Assembly (NCBI GenBank): GCA_049903315.1
Contig: JBNGBT010000006.1
Span: forward strand, 128,001-192,000
Reading direction: 5' to 3'
DNA from: Candidatus Cloacimonadota bacterium
GTDB taxonomy: Bacteria > Cloacimonadota > Cloacimonadia > JGIOTU-2
Length of the DNA stretch: 64,000 bases
Shown here in pieces: positions 50,647-58,949 of this stretch. The notes below the pieces were generated by a model. That model had not been told where the DNA came from, made no database searches, and worked only from the letters and a program-made list of their open reading frames with translations. The stretch's first letter is position 1. Each line of letters opens with the position of its first letter. The position numbers and the translations under genes were made by a program.

Positions 50647-50834
50647 AATAAAAAAGCCGCCACAATCGCGACAGCTTTATTCACTTTAGCAAATTAAGAT
50701 GGATTGAACTAATTTATTTTTGAGACGGTTTTCAATTCTGTATTATAATAATATCCCCATTCGCCTATTGCTGCTAATGCCTGTGCTGGATCGTTGTAGA
50801 GTGGCAAAAGATTCATTTCAGAAGAATCATATAA
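50647..50834 (-). pseudogene. Relic 3' end of the glucan-locus lipoprotein gene plus its terminator region
   Basis: Homologous to 25925-26112. Translates to DSSEMNLLPLYNDPAQALAAIGEWGYYYNTELKTVSKIN*, versus DPSEMNLLPLYNDPAQALAAMGEWGYYYNTELKTISKIN* in the intact gene. Confidence 0.85.
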
Positions 50835-50926
50835 GTGTTGATAAATTGCATTATCAATATATTAAAATATTTGACATGCGAAATGCGAATGTAAATTTCA
50901 GAAAAAATATTAATCGTGGAGTAAAA

Positions 50927-51445
50927 ATGAATAAAAATTTATTGATATGTATATTATTCATAATATTTGTATCATGTCTAAACGCCACAGATTTGGATAC
51001 TGGTTTTGAAAAAGGAAACATTCCGGGCTCATGGAAGGTTGTTAACAATAATGGTGATAGTTATCAATGGGAAGCGTATAAAGCCACGATCGGTTCACAT
51101 TCAGGCGATTGGATAGTGAGAGTACAAACTCATTCAACGGCACTTGATGACTGGTTGATAACCCCCAGACTGAAGCCGGTTGAGGGTCATAATATTTTAT
51201 CTTTTTATTATATGTCATATAGTGATAGTTACCCTGAAGATTTTAATGTAAAATTATCTACAACCGGTAATACGATCAGTGATTTCACTGTAAACTTAGG
51301 TTCTGTGTCAAATGCACCGATACAATGGACAAAATTTGAATATGATCTTAGTGCGTATAATGGAAAATCAATATATATAGCAATTCAGTGTACTTCTGAT
51401 ACAGGCTGGTTCCTCTATGTTGATGATATAAAGATCGACGAATAA
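50927..51445 (+). CDS. Small secreted cleaved-adhesin / choice-of-anchor J-like beta-sandwich protein
   Basis: Signal peptide, GFE.G.IP.SW, DDWLITP, W..FEYDLSAY.G.SIYIAI, LYVDDI. GGAG RBS before the ATG at 50927. Confidence 0.75.
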   Translation: MNKNLLICILFIIFVSCLNATDLDTGFEKGNIPGSWKVVNNNGDSYQWEAYKATIGSHSGDWIVRVQTHSTALDDWLITPRLKPVEGHNILSFYYMSYSDSYPEDFNVKLSTTGNTISDFTVNLGSVSNAPIQWTKFEYDLSAYNGKSIYIAIQCTSDTGWFLYVDDIKIDE

Positions 51446-51467
51446 TCGTAACTTAGTCGAAGTACTA

Positions 51468-51532
51468 ACCTCATTCAAACCGCAAGCTCTTTATAAATCT
51501 CAATGCAATCTTGGAGGTTAAGGGTCACCATT
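51468..51532 (+). repeat. attR-like junction, diverged copy C (left arm plus tRNA-end core GGGTCACCA)
   Basis: Aligns with 45527-45592 with about a dozen substitutions and one indel. The right arm is absent and a terminator follows directly. Confidence 0.8.
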
Positions 51533-51535
51533 ATT

Positions 51536-51564
51536 AAGCCGTCACAACCGTGGCGGTTTTGTTA
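51536..51564 (+). terminator. Hairpin directly after the last tRNA-end copy, possibly the original tRNA operon terminator
   Basis: AAGCCGTCAC-aacc-GTGGCGGTTT followed by TGTT. Related to the hairpins at about 25932 and 50654. Confidence 0.6.
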
Positions 51565-51752
51565 TTTATGCAGACTCTCGAGAGTATAAATCTTATAAAA
51601 AGATTCCCAAATTCCATGGCAAATAAATTTTTCTTGACAGAAGATAGCCTGAAAAATAGAAAAAAAACACTCTTTGCTACACATCTTTTTGATTCCTCTT
51701 GAAGTTCATTCCATGAAATATTAATATAATGTGAAAAATAAAAGGAGTCAAT

Positions 51753-53741
51753 ATGATAAAAAGAACAGTATTATTTATTTTAGTGTTTACACTATTCTTT
51801 AGTGCATTACTCGCAAACCCGGTTGAAAAAATAAACAATTGGGCAAAAAAACAGACAGAGAATATCAATGCGAATAGTGTGGTGAATTTCCTGAATGGAA
51901 ACAAGGCGGGAGGTAATATATCCTTTGGACCAGAATATGCATTCAATCCTGGGACTTCTTACGACATTTCTGCAACAACTCTTGATGCTACACACTTTGT
52001 TGTTGCATATATGGATGTTGGTAATTCTCAGTTTGGTACTGCAATTGTGGGAACCGTTTCAGGAAGTACAATCTCTTATGGAACTGAATATGTGTTCAAC
52101 GATGCTCCAACTGCGCCATGCTCTGCGACAGCTTTGGATGCAACACACTTTGTTGTGGCATATTGTGATGGGGGTAATGATTATAAAGGAACTGCTGTTG
52201 TGGGAACTGTAACAGGGTCTGATATCACATGGGCATACGAATCAGTATTTAATTCTGCAAGTGCCCATTATTGTTCTGCGACAGCTTTGGATGCAACACA
52301 CTTTGTTGTGGCATATCGTGATGAAGGTAATAACAGCTACGGGACTGCGATTGTAGGAACTATATCAGAACCAATTACTTATATCGAGTATGGATATGAA
52401 TGTGTATTTAATCCTGGTGTAACATCATATTGCTCTACTACAACCCTGGATGCAACCCATTTTGTTGCTGCTTATTCGGATCAAGGCAATAACTGTTATG
52501 GAACTGCAATTGTAGGAGTTGTTTCAGGTACAGGGAATGAAGCTACAATATCATATGGAACTGAGAATGTATATAATTTTGAAACTACTGTAGATAATTC
52601 TACCACAACCATGGATGCCGATCACTTTGTTGCTGCATATTGTAATTATTACGGTGCTAAATGGGGAATTGCAATTGTGGGTACTGTGACAGATACTTTT
52701 ATCTCTTATGGAACTGGATATGTATTCAATCCCGGAGCAACGACATATTGCTCTGCCACAGCATTGGATGCTACTCATTTTGTTGTTGCGTATAATGATG
52801 CGAGCAATCCCCTACACGGTTCTGCCATTGTGGGATCTGTGTCAGATTCTGATTTATCTTATGGTTCTGAATATACCTTTTCTTTATACGGATCAATGAA
52901 CGCAGCAATTACTCTGGATGCAACACATTTTGTTGACGCATATAGCGATGCGAGTTATGGGAATTCAGTTCTAGGAGAAATTGGGGGTGAGGTTACCGTA
53001 ACCGGCACAAGCATTGCCCCTTTTGGAACCTCACCTGGAGCAACAGGAGTTGGAATGTTGAAGCTTTCTTTTATTACAGATTTAGGAACCGCTACCTGGA
53101 CAGATGTAAAAGTTGATTTAACAGGAACCGCAAATGATGATGACATTTCCTTAGTTGAGATATGGAAAGATGACGGGAATGGAATCTGGGATGGTTCGGA
53201 TTCAAAAGAAGATACTCAAATCGGTTCTGGAACTTTCAGTTCAAACACGGCAAATATAACTATTATAGATCAGGATATCTCAATAGTCCCCTGGGATTAT
53301 TTTATCGTGTACAATATTGCTGTCGGAGCCGATACGAGCCATACTGTTGGCGCAGGATTGGCAGATGAATCTTATATTACAACTGTAAGCCCAGCCACGG
53401 TTTTTCCATTCTCAAATATTGAATCAAATTATACTCTACTTCCAGTATCAACCATACCTCAGCAGGAACATTATGGTCTTTTACAGAATAACCCCAATCC
53501 ATTTGTTGAGAGTACAAAGATATCCTTCAATCTCAAAAAGATGTCGAAGGTGGAAGTGAATATCTATAATCTCAAAGGACAGCTTGTGAAATCGCTGTAT
53601 TCCGGAACGGCATCATCTAAAAACTTGGATTGGAATTGTATTGATGAAAACGGAGAGAAACTTCAGGCAGGCATGTATTTGTATTCGTTATTTGTGAATG
53701 GTGAACTTACAGAAACAAAGAGACTTATATTAATGAAGTAG
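51753..53741 (+). CDS. Secreted protein with seven 51-aa repeats (putative beta-propeller), an Ig-like region and a T9SS-like CTD
   Basis: Seven repeats of YGxEYVFN...SATxLDATHFVVAYxD..N..GTAIVGTV, a signal peptide, and NNPNPF...IYNLKGQ...LILMK. Confidence 0.82.
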   Translation: MIKRTVLFILVFTLFFSALLANPVEKINNWAKKQTENINANSVVNFLNGNKAGGNISFGPEYAFNPGTSYDISATTLDATHFVVAYMDVGNSQFGTAIVGTVSGSTISYGTEYVFNDAPTAPCSATALDATHFVVAYCDGGNDYKGTAVVGTVTGSDITWAYESVFNSASAHYCSATALDATHFVVAYRDEGNNSYGTAIVGTISEPITYIEYGYECVFNPGVTSYCSTTTLDATHFVAAYSDQGNNCYGTAIVGVVSGTGNEATISYGTENVYNFETTVDNSTTTMDADHFVAAYCNYYGAKWGIAIVGTVTDTFISYGTGYVFNPGATTYCSATALDATHFVVAYNDASNPLHGSAIVGSVSDSDLSYGSEYTFSLYGSMNAAITLDATHFVDAYSDASYGNSVLGEIGGEVTVTGTSIAPFGTSPGATGVGMLKLSFITDLGTATWTDVKVDLTGTANDDDISLVEIWKDDGNGIWDGSDSKEDTQIGSGTFSSNTANITIIDQDISIVPWDYFIVYNIAVGADTSHTVGAGLADESYITTVSPATVFPFSNIESNYTLLPVSTIPQQEHYGLLQNNPNPFVESTKISFNLKKMSKVEVNIYNLKGQLVKSLYSGTASSKNLDWNCIDENGEKLQAGMYLYSLFVNGELTETKRLILMK

Positions 53742-53757
53742 CATTCTTTAAATGTTT

Positions 53758-53786
53758 GGGGTTGAAAATTTTCAACCCCTTTTTTT
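53758..53786 (+). terminator. Rho-independent terminator
   Basis: Perfect palindrome GGGGTTGAAAATTTTCAACCCC followed by T7. Confidence 0.85.
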
Positions 53787-54029
53787 ATACATGCAAAACT
53801 ACTCCAACAGATTCTGTTGATTATTTGTGAAACTTATTTCAATCTGAAACAATAGGCATAAAATAAATACTTCATCATTTACAACACATCATGTATTGCG
53901 GCAAATTAAAAAGAAAATATTGACTACATAATTCGAGTCGAATTTTTAGAGAAAAGTTAAAAATGAAAATTTTAAAAACCTTCAAAAAATATGAATGAGA
54001 AAAAATATAATATAAAAAAAGGAGTACGC

Positions 54030-55277
54030 ATGAAGTACCAACTATTATCAAATAGTGAAATGAAAGCAATTGACGCATTGAAGGAATATCATGGGGGAGC
54101 TAAAGATATAGTAAAAACGATTGATAAGATGAGGAAATATGAGACCAGAAAACGCATTCTCGGGGAAAAAGGTTTTGGAAATATGATCGAGGATGCAGAG
54201 AAATGTGTGAAGAAATTTGCGAAAGTCCAAGATTTTGAGAAAAAAAATAACATATCCTACAATGATAAATTCGGTATCGCAACTGCACAGGTTTCCGGTT
54301 GGCAGGGAGCAAAAGTTACCCACCATGCAATGAAACGAATTGCAGAAAGCGCAGAGACTGACGAAGCCTGTTTTGTCCCCTCGGAATTCATTTCTGTCGT
54401 AGCGCTCACTGATAATTATGTGTATAATGGAGATCTTATGGCAACGCTTATGATGTCCGAGAATATCATGAAAGCTTCCAAATTCTGCAGCACAAATCTT
54501 ATTGGTATTCCGCAGATTGAAACAAGATTTGTCGAGCTCGAGAAAGTAACAGGAAGTACATTTGAGCGCGCTGATATTGGGGGTGGATTATCTGCCTTAA
54601 TTTTGAAAAATCAGGGAACATTCTTTGGAAATTTTGGTGGGATCGAAGTTGCAAACAATAATCACCTCGTATATTTAGACGGCATCACTCGAACGGCACT
54701 TGCAACGGGAGCAGATTTCTTCCTTAATCCGAGCTGGAGCACGATCATTGCAGTGTGCTATTATGGAAGAGATATTCCAAACCTCCATATAAAAATATCC
54801 ATGCTGCTTGCCACACAAAATACCATGCAATTCCGCATGCTTCTTAATATCATGAAAGAATATCTTAGAGAAGACGGCACTTCTCCACTTTATGAGATCA
54901 ATATTGGAAATGGTGCTACAGCTGAAACTTTCATTCAATGTGCAAAAGAACTGAAAGAGAGTGGTATCAAGGGTGTCAGTCTGGCTGCGCATATATATAT
55001 AAATCCCGATCTTGGTATCGCAGGTTTCAACTGGACGGACAATGCATTCAAAGTCCTGGAAAGCGGCACGAACATGACCTTCAAATACGAAAGCGACGGC
55101 ACTGCACGAGAACTGGATACAATGGAAGCATATTTTATGTCTGAAGATGACCGGGAGTTGAATGCTGAGAAGATCGGAGATGTGATCTTTTACAAAGCAC
55201 TCCGTGCAACAAAAGATGGCAAGGCATTCATGAAAAAAGGCATTAAAGCAGTCTTCGGCGGCGCGTCTTATAGATAA
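54030..55277 (+). CDS. Hypothetical cytoplasmic protein (415 aa), function unknown
   Basis: Long ORF with an AAGGAG RBS before the ATG at 54030 and a globular, enzyme-like composition. No motif I can assign. Confidence 0.8.
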   Translation: MKYQLLSNSEMKAIDALKEYHGGAKDIVKTIDKMRKYETRKRILGEKGFGNMIEDAEKCVKKFAKVQDFEKKNNISYNDKFGIATAQVSGWQGAKVTHHAMKRIAESAETDEACFVPSEFISVVALTDNYVYNGDLMATLMMSENIMKASKFCSTNLIGIPQIETRFVELEKVTGSTFERADIGGGLSALILKNQGTFFGNFGGIEVANNNHLVYLDGITRTALATGADFFLNPSWSTIIAVCYYGRDIPNLHIKISMLLATQNTMQFRMLLNIMKEYLREDGTSPLYEINIGNGATAETFIQCAKELKESGIKGVSLAAHIYINPDLGIAGFNWTDNAFKVLESGTNMTFKYESDGTARELDTMEAYFMSEDDRELNAEKIGDVIFYKALRATKDGKAFMKKGIKAVFGGASYR

Positions 55278-55296
55278 ATCTAAAATGAACAAGATA

Positions 55297-55358
55297 ACCA
55301 CAGAGCACACAGAGAGCGCCCGTCTCCTCCGCCAGCTGGCGGATACGTCGTGGCAAGC
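55297..55358. repeat. GC-rich REP-like intergenic element
   Basis: ACCACAGAGCACACAGAGAG (9-bp period) followed by the perfect 16-bp palindrome TCCGCCAGCTGGCGGA at 55328-55343. Confidence 0.55.
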
Positions 55359-55483
55359 AGAAAATATATTAGAAATCAAAGAATTGTTTGTTTAATTATT
55401 AACTTATTAACTTATAACTCTTTTGTAGTGAGTTATTTCGTAATAGATAATTACTTTAATGAAAATGATAGAAAGGTCGAAAG

Positions 55484-56704
55484 ATGGTTGATAACTGGCA
55501 GTATAAATTTTCTGACATTATGAAAAATTATGGTGGATATTCCATCGGAAAGTTATTCAGCTTGTTAACTGATCCTGAAATAATATCGCTTGCGGGAGGA
55601 TTGCCCTCACCGGATATTTTCCTGAAAGAAGAAACGAGGATCGCTTCCAAGAACAGACTTGAAAAAGAGATCGAAACAATCATGCAATACACTCCGATCG
55701 GCGGTGAGTCCACACTCATCGAGGCGATTATCCAATTCATGAAAAGAGAGAATATCGAGATCACCAGAGAAAATCTTCTGATCACTTCTTCCGGGCAGCA
55801 TGGACTCGATATTACAGGGCGGCTCTTTCTTAATCCCGGTGATATCGTTATGATCGACCGTCCAACCTTTGCGGGTGCGATAGTAGCTTTCCAGCTTCAG
55901 AATCCGGGCTTTGTAGGCGTGGACATTGAGGATGATGGTCCTGATGTGGATGGGTATAGAGAAAAAATCATTGAATTGGCAAATGAAAACAAGAAGCCCA
56001 AATTCATCTATGTGGTGCCGGATTTCCAGAATCCTTCGGGCATCACTATGAGTTATGAAAAAAGAATTGCTCTTCTTGAACTGAGTTATGAATTCGATAT
56101 TCCTATTATTGAAGATAGCCCCTACAGGGATTTGCGATATTATGGCGAATCCATTCCATCATTGTTATATCTTGATCAGCAGAGGAATGGAAATAATGTC
56201 ATCGGTGTGTTTACATTTTCCAAACTTTTCTGTCCTGGAATGAGGGTGGGATATAATATTGGTGCTCCGGAAGTGATACAAAAAATGACGAATATTAAAG
56301 AGGGGAATGTACTCAATACTCCTAAATACAACCAGGATCTCTGCACTGCATTTCTCACTGAGATGAATTTCAACAGGCATATTGAAAAGTGCATCAAATA
56401 TTACAGGAAAAAACTCGAAGTATTCCTCAATACAATGGAAGAATGCTTCCCTGAAGAAATGGGAGTTACATGGACGAAACCGGAGGGTGGATTGTTCCTG
56501 TGGGTTACAGTTCCTGAGCAGATTGATACAAAAAAGCTCTTTTATGAAGCAATAAAATTTAAGGTAGCTTTTGTTCCCGGTGAAGTATTCTATGGCGAGA
56601 ATCCCAGTAAAAATCATATGAGAATTAATTTTTCCTATGCATCAGAAAAGCAGCTCGAAGAAGCAGTAAAGCGCTTATCTGCCTGTATCAAAGACCAGCT
56701 TTAA
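55484..56704 (+). CDS. PLP-dependent class I/II aminotransferase (LysN/aromatic aminotransferase-like)
   Basis: ISLAGGLP, PDFQNPSG, IEDSPY, TFSKLFCPGMRVG (PLP lysine), PEGGLFLW, MRINFS. Confidence 0.92.
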   Translation: MVDNWQYKFSDIMKNYGGYSIGKLFSLLTDPEIISLAGGLPSPDIFLKEETRIASKNRLEKEIETIMQYTPIGGESTLIEAIIQFMKRENIEITRENLLITSSGQHGLDITGRLFLNPGDIVMIDRPTFAGAIVAFQLQNPGFVGVDIEDDGPDVDGYREKIIELANENKKPKFIYVVPDFQNPSGITMSYEKRIALLELSYEFDIPIIEDSPYRDLRYYGESIPSLLYLDQQRNGNNVIGVFTFSKLFCPGMRVGYNIGAPEVIQKMTNIKEGNVLNTPKYNQDLCTAFLTEMNFNRHIEKCIKYYRKKLEVFLNTMEECFPEEMGVTWTKPEGGLFLWVTVPEQIDTKKLFYEAIKFKVAFVPGEVFYGENPSKNHMRINFSYASEKQLEEAVKRLSACIKDQL

Positions 56705-56716
56705 AGGTTTTTCAAC

Positions 56717-57508
56717 ATGAATTTGGGCATAAAAGATAAAGTGGCTTTCGTTACCGCAGCAAGTAAAGGACTTGGAAAAGCTGTTGCGATGCAGCTTTCC
56801 GATGAAGGAGCTCGGGTCGTAATCTGTGCAAGAAATGAAGAGCATCTTCTTCGTACGAGAGATGAGATAGTAAATCGTACTGGAGGAGTAGGGAAAGCTA
56901 TTTCTTTGGATGTTACAAATAAAGAGCAAGTCGCAAGTGCAGTAGAAGAGATTAAGAAAGAATTCGGCACTCTTGATATTCTGGTGTGTAATGCCGGGGG
57001 TCCTCCTGCGGGTATGTTTGAAGATTTTTCTATTGACGATTATAGAAATGCGCTCGAACTCAATCTGCTGAGTACAATTTCTCTGTGTTATGAAGTTATT
57101 CCTCATATGAAAAAACAGCAGTGGGGGAGGATCATCAATATAACTTCTGTGTCCGTAAAGCAGCCAATAGATAATTTGATACTTTCCAACACTGCCCGAA
57201 CCGGCGTGATCGGTTTTTCGAAATCTCTTTCAAACCAGGTTGCAAAGTTTGGTATTACAGTGAATGCAGTCTGTCCCGGGTATACAAAAACCGAGCGTGT
57301 AACTAATTTAGCGCGTGCTTTTGAGGAAAGCGGCAAAGGCTCTATCGATGAGTTCTATAAGAAAATCGAGAGCAGTATTCCTATGGGAAGACTCGGCACG
57401 CCGGAAGAATTTGCCAACGCTGTTGCGTTCCTTGCCTCTGAAAGAGCAAGCTATATCACAGGAGTTGCTCTGCAGATTGATGGTGGATTTGTAAAAGGAC
57501 TATTTTAA
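56717..57508 (+). CDS. Atypical short-chain dehydrogenase/reductase (BKR-like subgroup)
   Basis: TAASKGLG, NAGGPP, LSNTAR in place of YxxxK, ITVNAVCPG, IPMGRLG, IDGG. Confidence 0.9.
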   Translation: MNLGIKDKVAFVTAASKGLGKAVAMQLSDEGARVVICARNEEHLLRTRDEIVNRTGGVGKAISLDVTNKEQVASAVEEIKKEFGTLDILVCNAGGPPAGMFEDFSIDDYRNALELNLLSTISLCYEVIPHMKKQQWGRIINITSVSVKQPIDNLILSNTARTGVIGFSKSLSNQVAKFGITVNAVCPGYTKTERVTNLARAFEESGKGSIDEFYKKIESSIPMGRLGTPEEFANAVAFLASERASYITGVALQIDGGFVKGLF

Positions 57509-57521
57509 TTGAGAGGTAAAA

Positions 57522-57878
57522 ATGATAGATTTATTTAAGAAATTTGATAATACTCCATATCCACCTATGCTGAAGGATCTACCTGAAATAGATATTCCTA
57601 TTAAGGGCATTCGCGGCTGGGTTATTAAAAGTGACGATAAGCAGATTGTTTTTTTTGATATCGACCCTGTCGGCATGATGCCCGATCACTCACACTGCGC
57701 TCAGTGGGGTTTTATGATCGATGGGAAAATGAGGTTGACCATTGGCGAAGAAACAAAAATTTATCAAAAGGGTGATTGGTATTACATCCCCGAGGATGTT
57801 ATTCATTCTGCAGAATTTCTCACAAAAGTATTTGTGATCGATGTATTTGATGATCAGAATCGTTACAAAATTAAATAA
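57522..57878 (+). CDS. Cupin domain protein
   Basis: PDHSH..QWG...G...L, GDWYYIP..V.HSA. Confidence 0.85.
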   Translation: MIDLFKKFDNTPYPPMLKDLPEIDIPIKGIRGWVIKSDDKQIVFFDIDPVGMMPDHSHCAQWGFMIDGKMRLTIGEETKIYQKGDWYYIPEDVIHSAEFLTKVFVIDVFDDQNRYKIK

Positions 57879-57904
57879 GTTAAAAATATACAAGAGGAGA
57901 AAAA

Positions 57905-58933
57905 ATGGCTAAACCTAAACTTATCTTGATCGGTTGCGGAACCGTCGGACTGGGATTGTTGGAAATAATTCAGAAAAAGAAACCTGATATTGACATTGTT
58001 GCGATATCCGACTTTAAAAAAGGTTCCCTGCATTGTTCGGATGGACTCCATATTGAAAAGGTTATTGAAATTTTGAATGCGGGAGGTTCTTTGGAAGAAT
58101 ATGAGTGCAGTTCTGATTGCTGCAAAGGGGAACTTCACAAGGGATGGGATGCTCTCGAAACAATTCAAAAAAGTGATGCGGACATCATGGCTGAAATCAC
58201 CTACACAGATCTTAAAACAGGGCAACCAGCCACGAAACACATCGAAGAAGCATTGAAAAAAGGCATGCATGTCACCACCTCGAATAAAGGACCTGCAGCA
58301 TTGTATTATAAAAAACTTTCTAAACTCGCAGAAGAAAACGGCGTGAAATTCCTCATCGAAGGAACAGTCATGAGCGGCACACCTGTTTTTGATCTGGCGC
58401 GCGAATGTCTTGCCGGATGCGAAATTACTGAAGTGAAAGGCATACTGAACGGCACAACAAATTACATTTTGACTAAGATGGAGCAGGAGGGCTGGTCGTA
58501 TCTGGATGCACTCAAAAAAGCACAGGAACTTGGTTATGCAGAAGCAGATCCCACCGCTGATGTGGAAGGATATGATGCGCTAGCAAAAGTCGTGATCCTC
58601 AGCAATGTGCTTCTCGGCGGAAACGTCAAACCGGAAGATGTGCCCTGCGAAGGTATCAGCAAGATCACTTTGGAAGATATTAAAGCGGCAGCGGCTGAAG
58701 GAATGAGGTATAAACTTATTGGGTCAACAAAGCGCGAGGGAGACAAGATCGTTGCTTCTGTAAAACCGGTAAAACTTCCCCTTTCTGATCCTCTTACCGG
58801 CGTGAATGGCGCGAACAATGCCCTTACTTTCGATACGGATTTAATGGGAAAGATCACCATTCAGGGCGCTGGGGCAGGCAAAATAGAAACTGGATATTCG
58901 ATATTTGTTGATATCTTAAATATTATTAGATAA
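57905..58933 (+). CDS. hom: Homoserine dehydrogenase, short form without ACT domain
   Basis: GCGTVG, HVTTSNKGP, EGTVMSGTP, GILNGTTNYIL, GYAEADPTADVEGYDA..K, GAGAG. Confidence 0.9.
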   Translation: MAKPKLILIGCGTVGLGLLEIIQKKKPDIDIVAISDFKKGSLHCSDGLHIEKVIEILNAGGSLEEYECSSDCCKGELHKGWDALETIQKSDADIMAEITYTDLKTGQPATKHIEEALKKGMHVTTSNKGPAALYYKKLSKLAEENGVKFLIEGTVMSGTPVFDLARECLAGCEITEVKGILNGTTNYILTKMEQEGWSYLDALKKAQELGYAEADPTADVEGYDALAKVVILSNVLLGGNVKPEDVPCEGISKITLEDIKAAAAEGMRYKLIGSTKREGDKIVASVKPVKLPLSDPLTGVNGANNALTFDTDLMGKITIQGAGAGKIETGYSIFVDILNIIR

Positions 58934-58949
58934 AGAATTGGAGACTTAT

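Larger units (their letters stand above)
25832..51530. mobile_element. Composite genomic island (three tandem modules) inserted at the tRNA-Glu 3' end, with no integrase gene inside
   Basis: The tRNA 3'-end core GG[AG]TCACCA recurs at 45582-45590, 50461-50469 and 51522-51530 inside longer conserved repeats. The cargo is accessory. Confidence 0.75.

Noticed and set aside
50647..50834. Duplicate of a gene 3' end as a diversity-generating retroelement template/variable repeat pair
   Set aside because: The differences are not adenine-specific and are mostly synonymous. There is no reverse transcriptase in the window.
50720..50926. N-terminal 69 aa of ORF 50720-51445
   Set aside because: It overlaps the antisense lipoprotein relic and a TTGACA promoter-like site. 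The RBS and signal peptide point to the ATG at 50927.
25826..51532. Junction repeats as a CRISPR array or integron attC sites
   Set aside because: The repeats are 65-150 bp long, 1-20 kb apart and centred on a tRNA 3' end. There are no regular spacers, no cas or intI gene, and no evident RYYYAAC/GTTRRRY attC boundaries.
54675..55379. 234-aa minus-strand ORF and the many other short antisense or nested ORFs in the track
   Set aside because: They overlap well-supported genes on the opposite strand or frame and show no motifs or convincing RBS.
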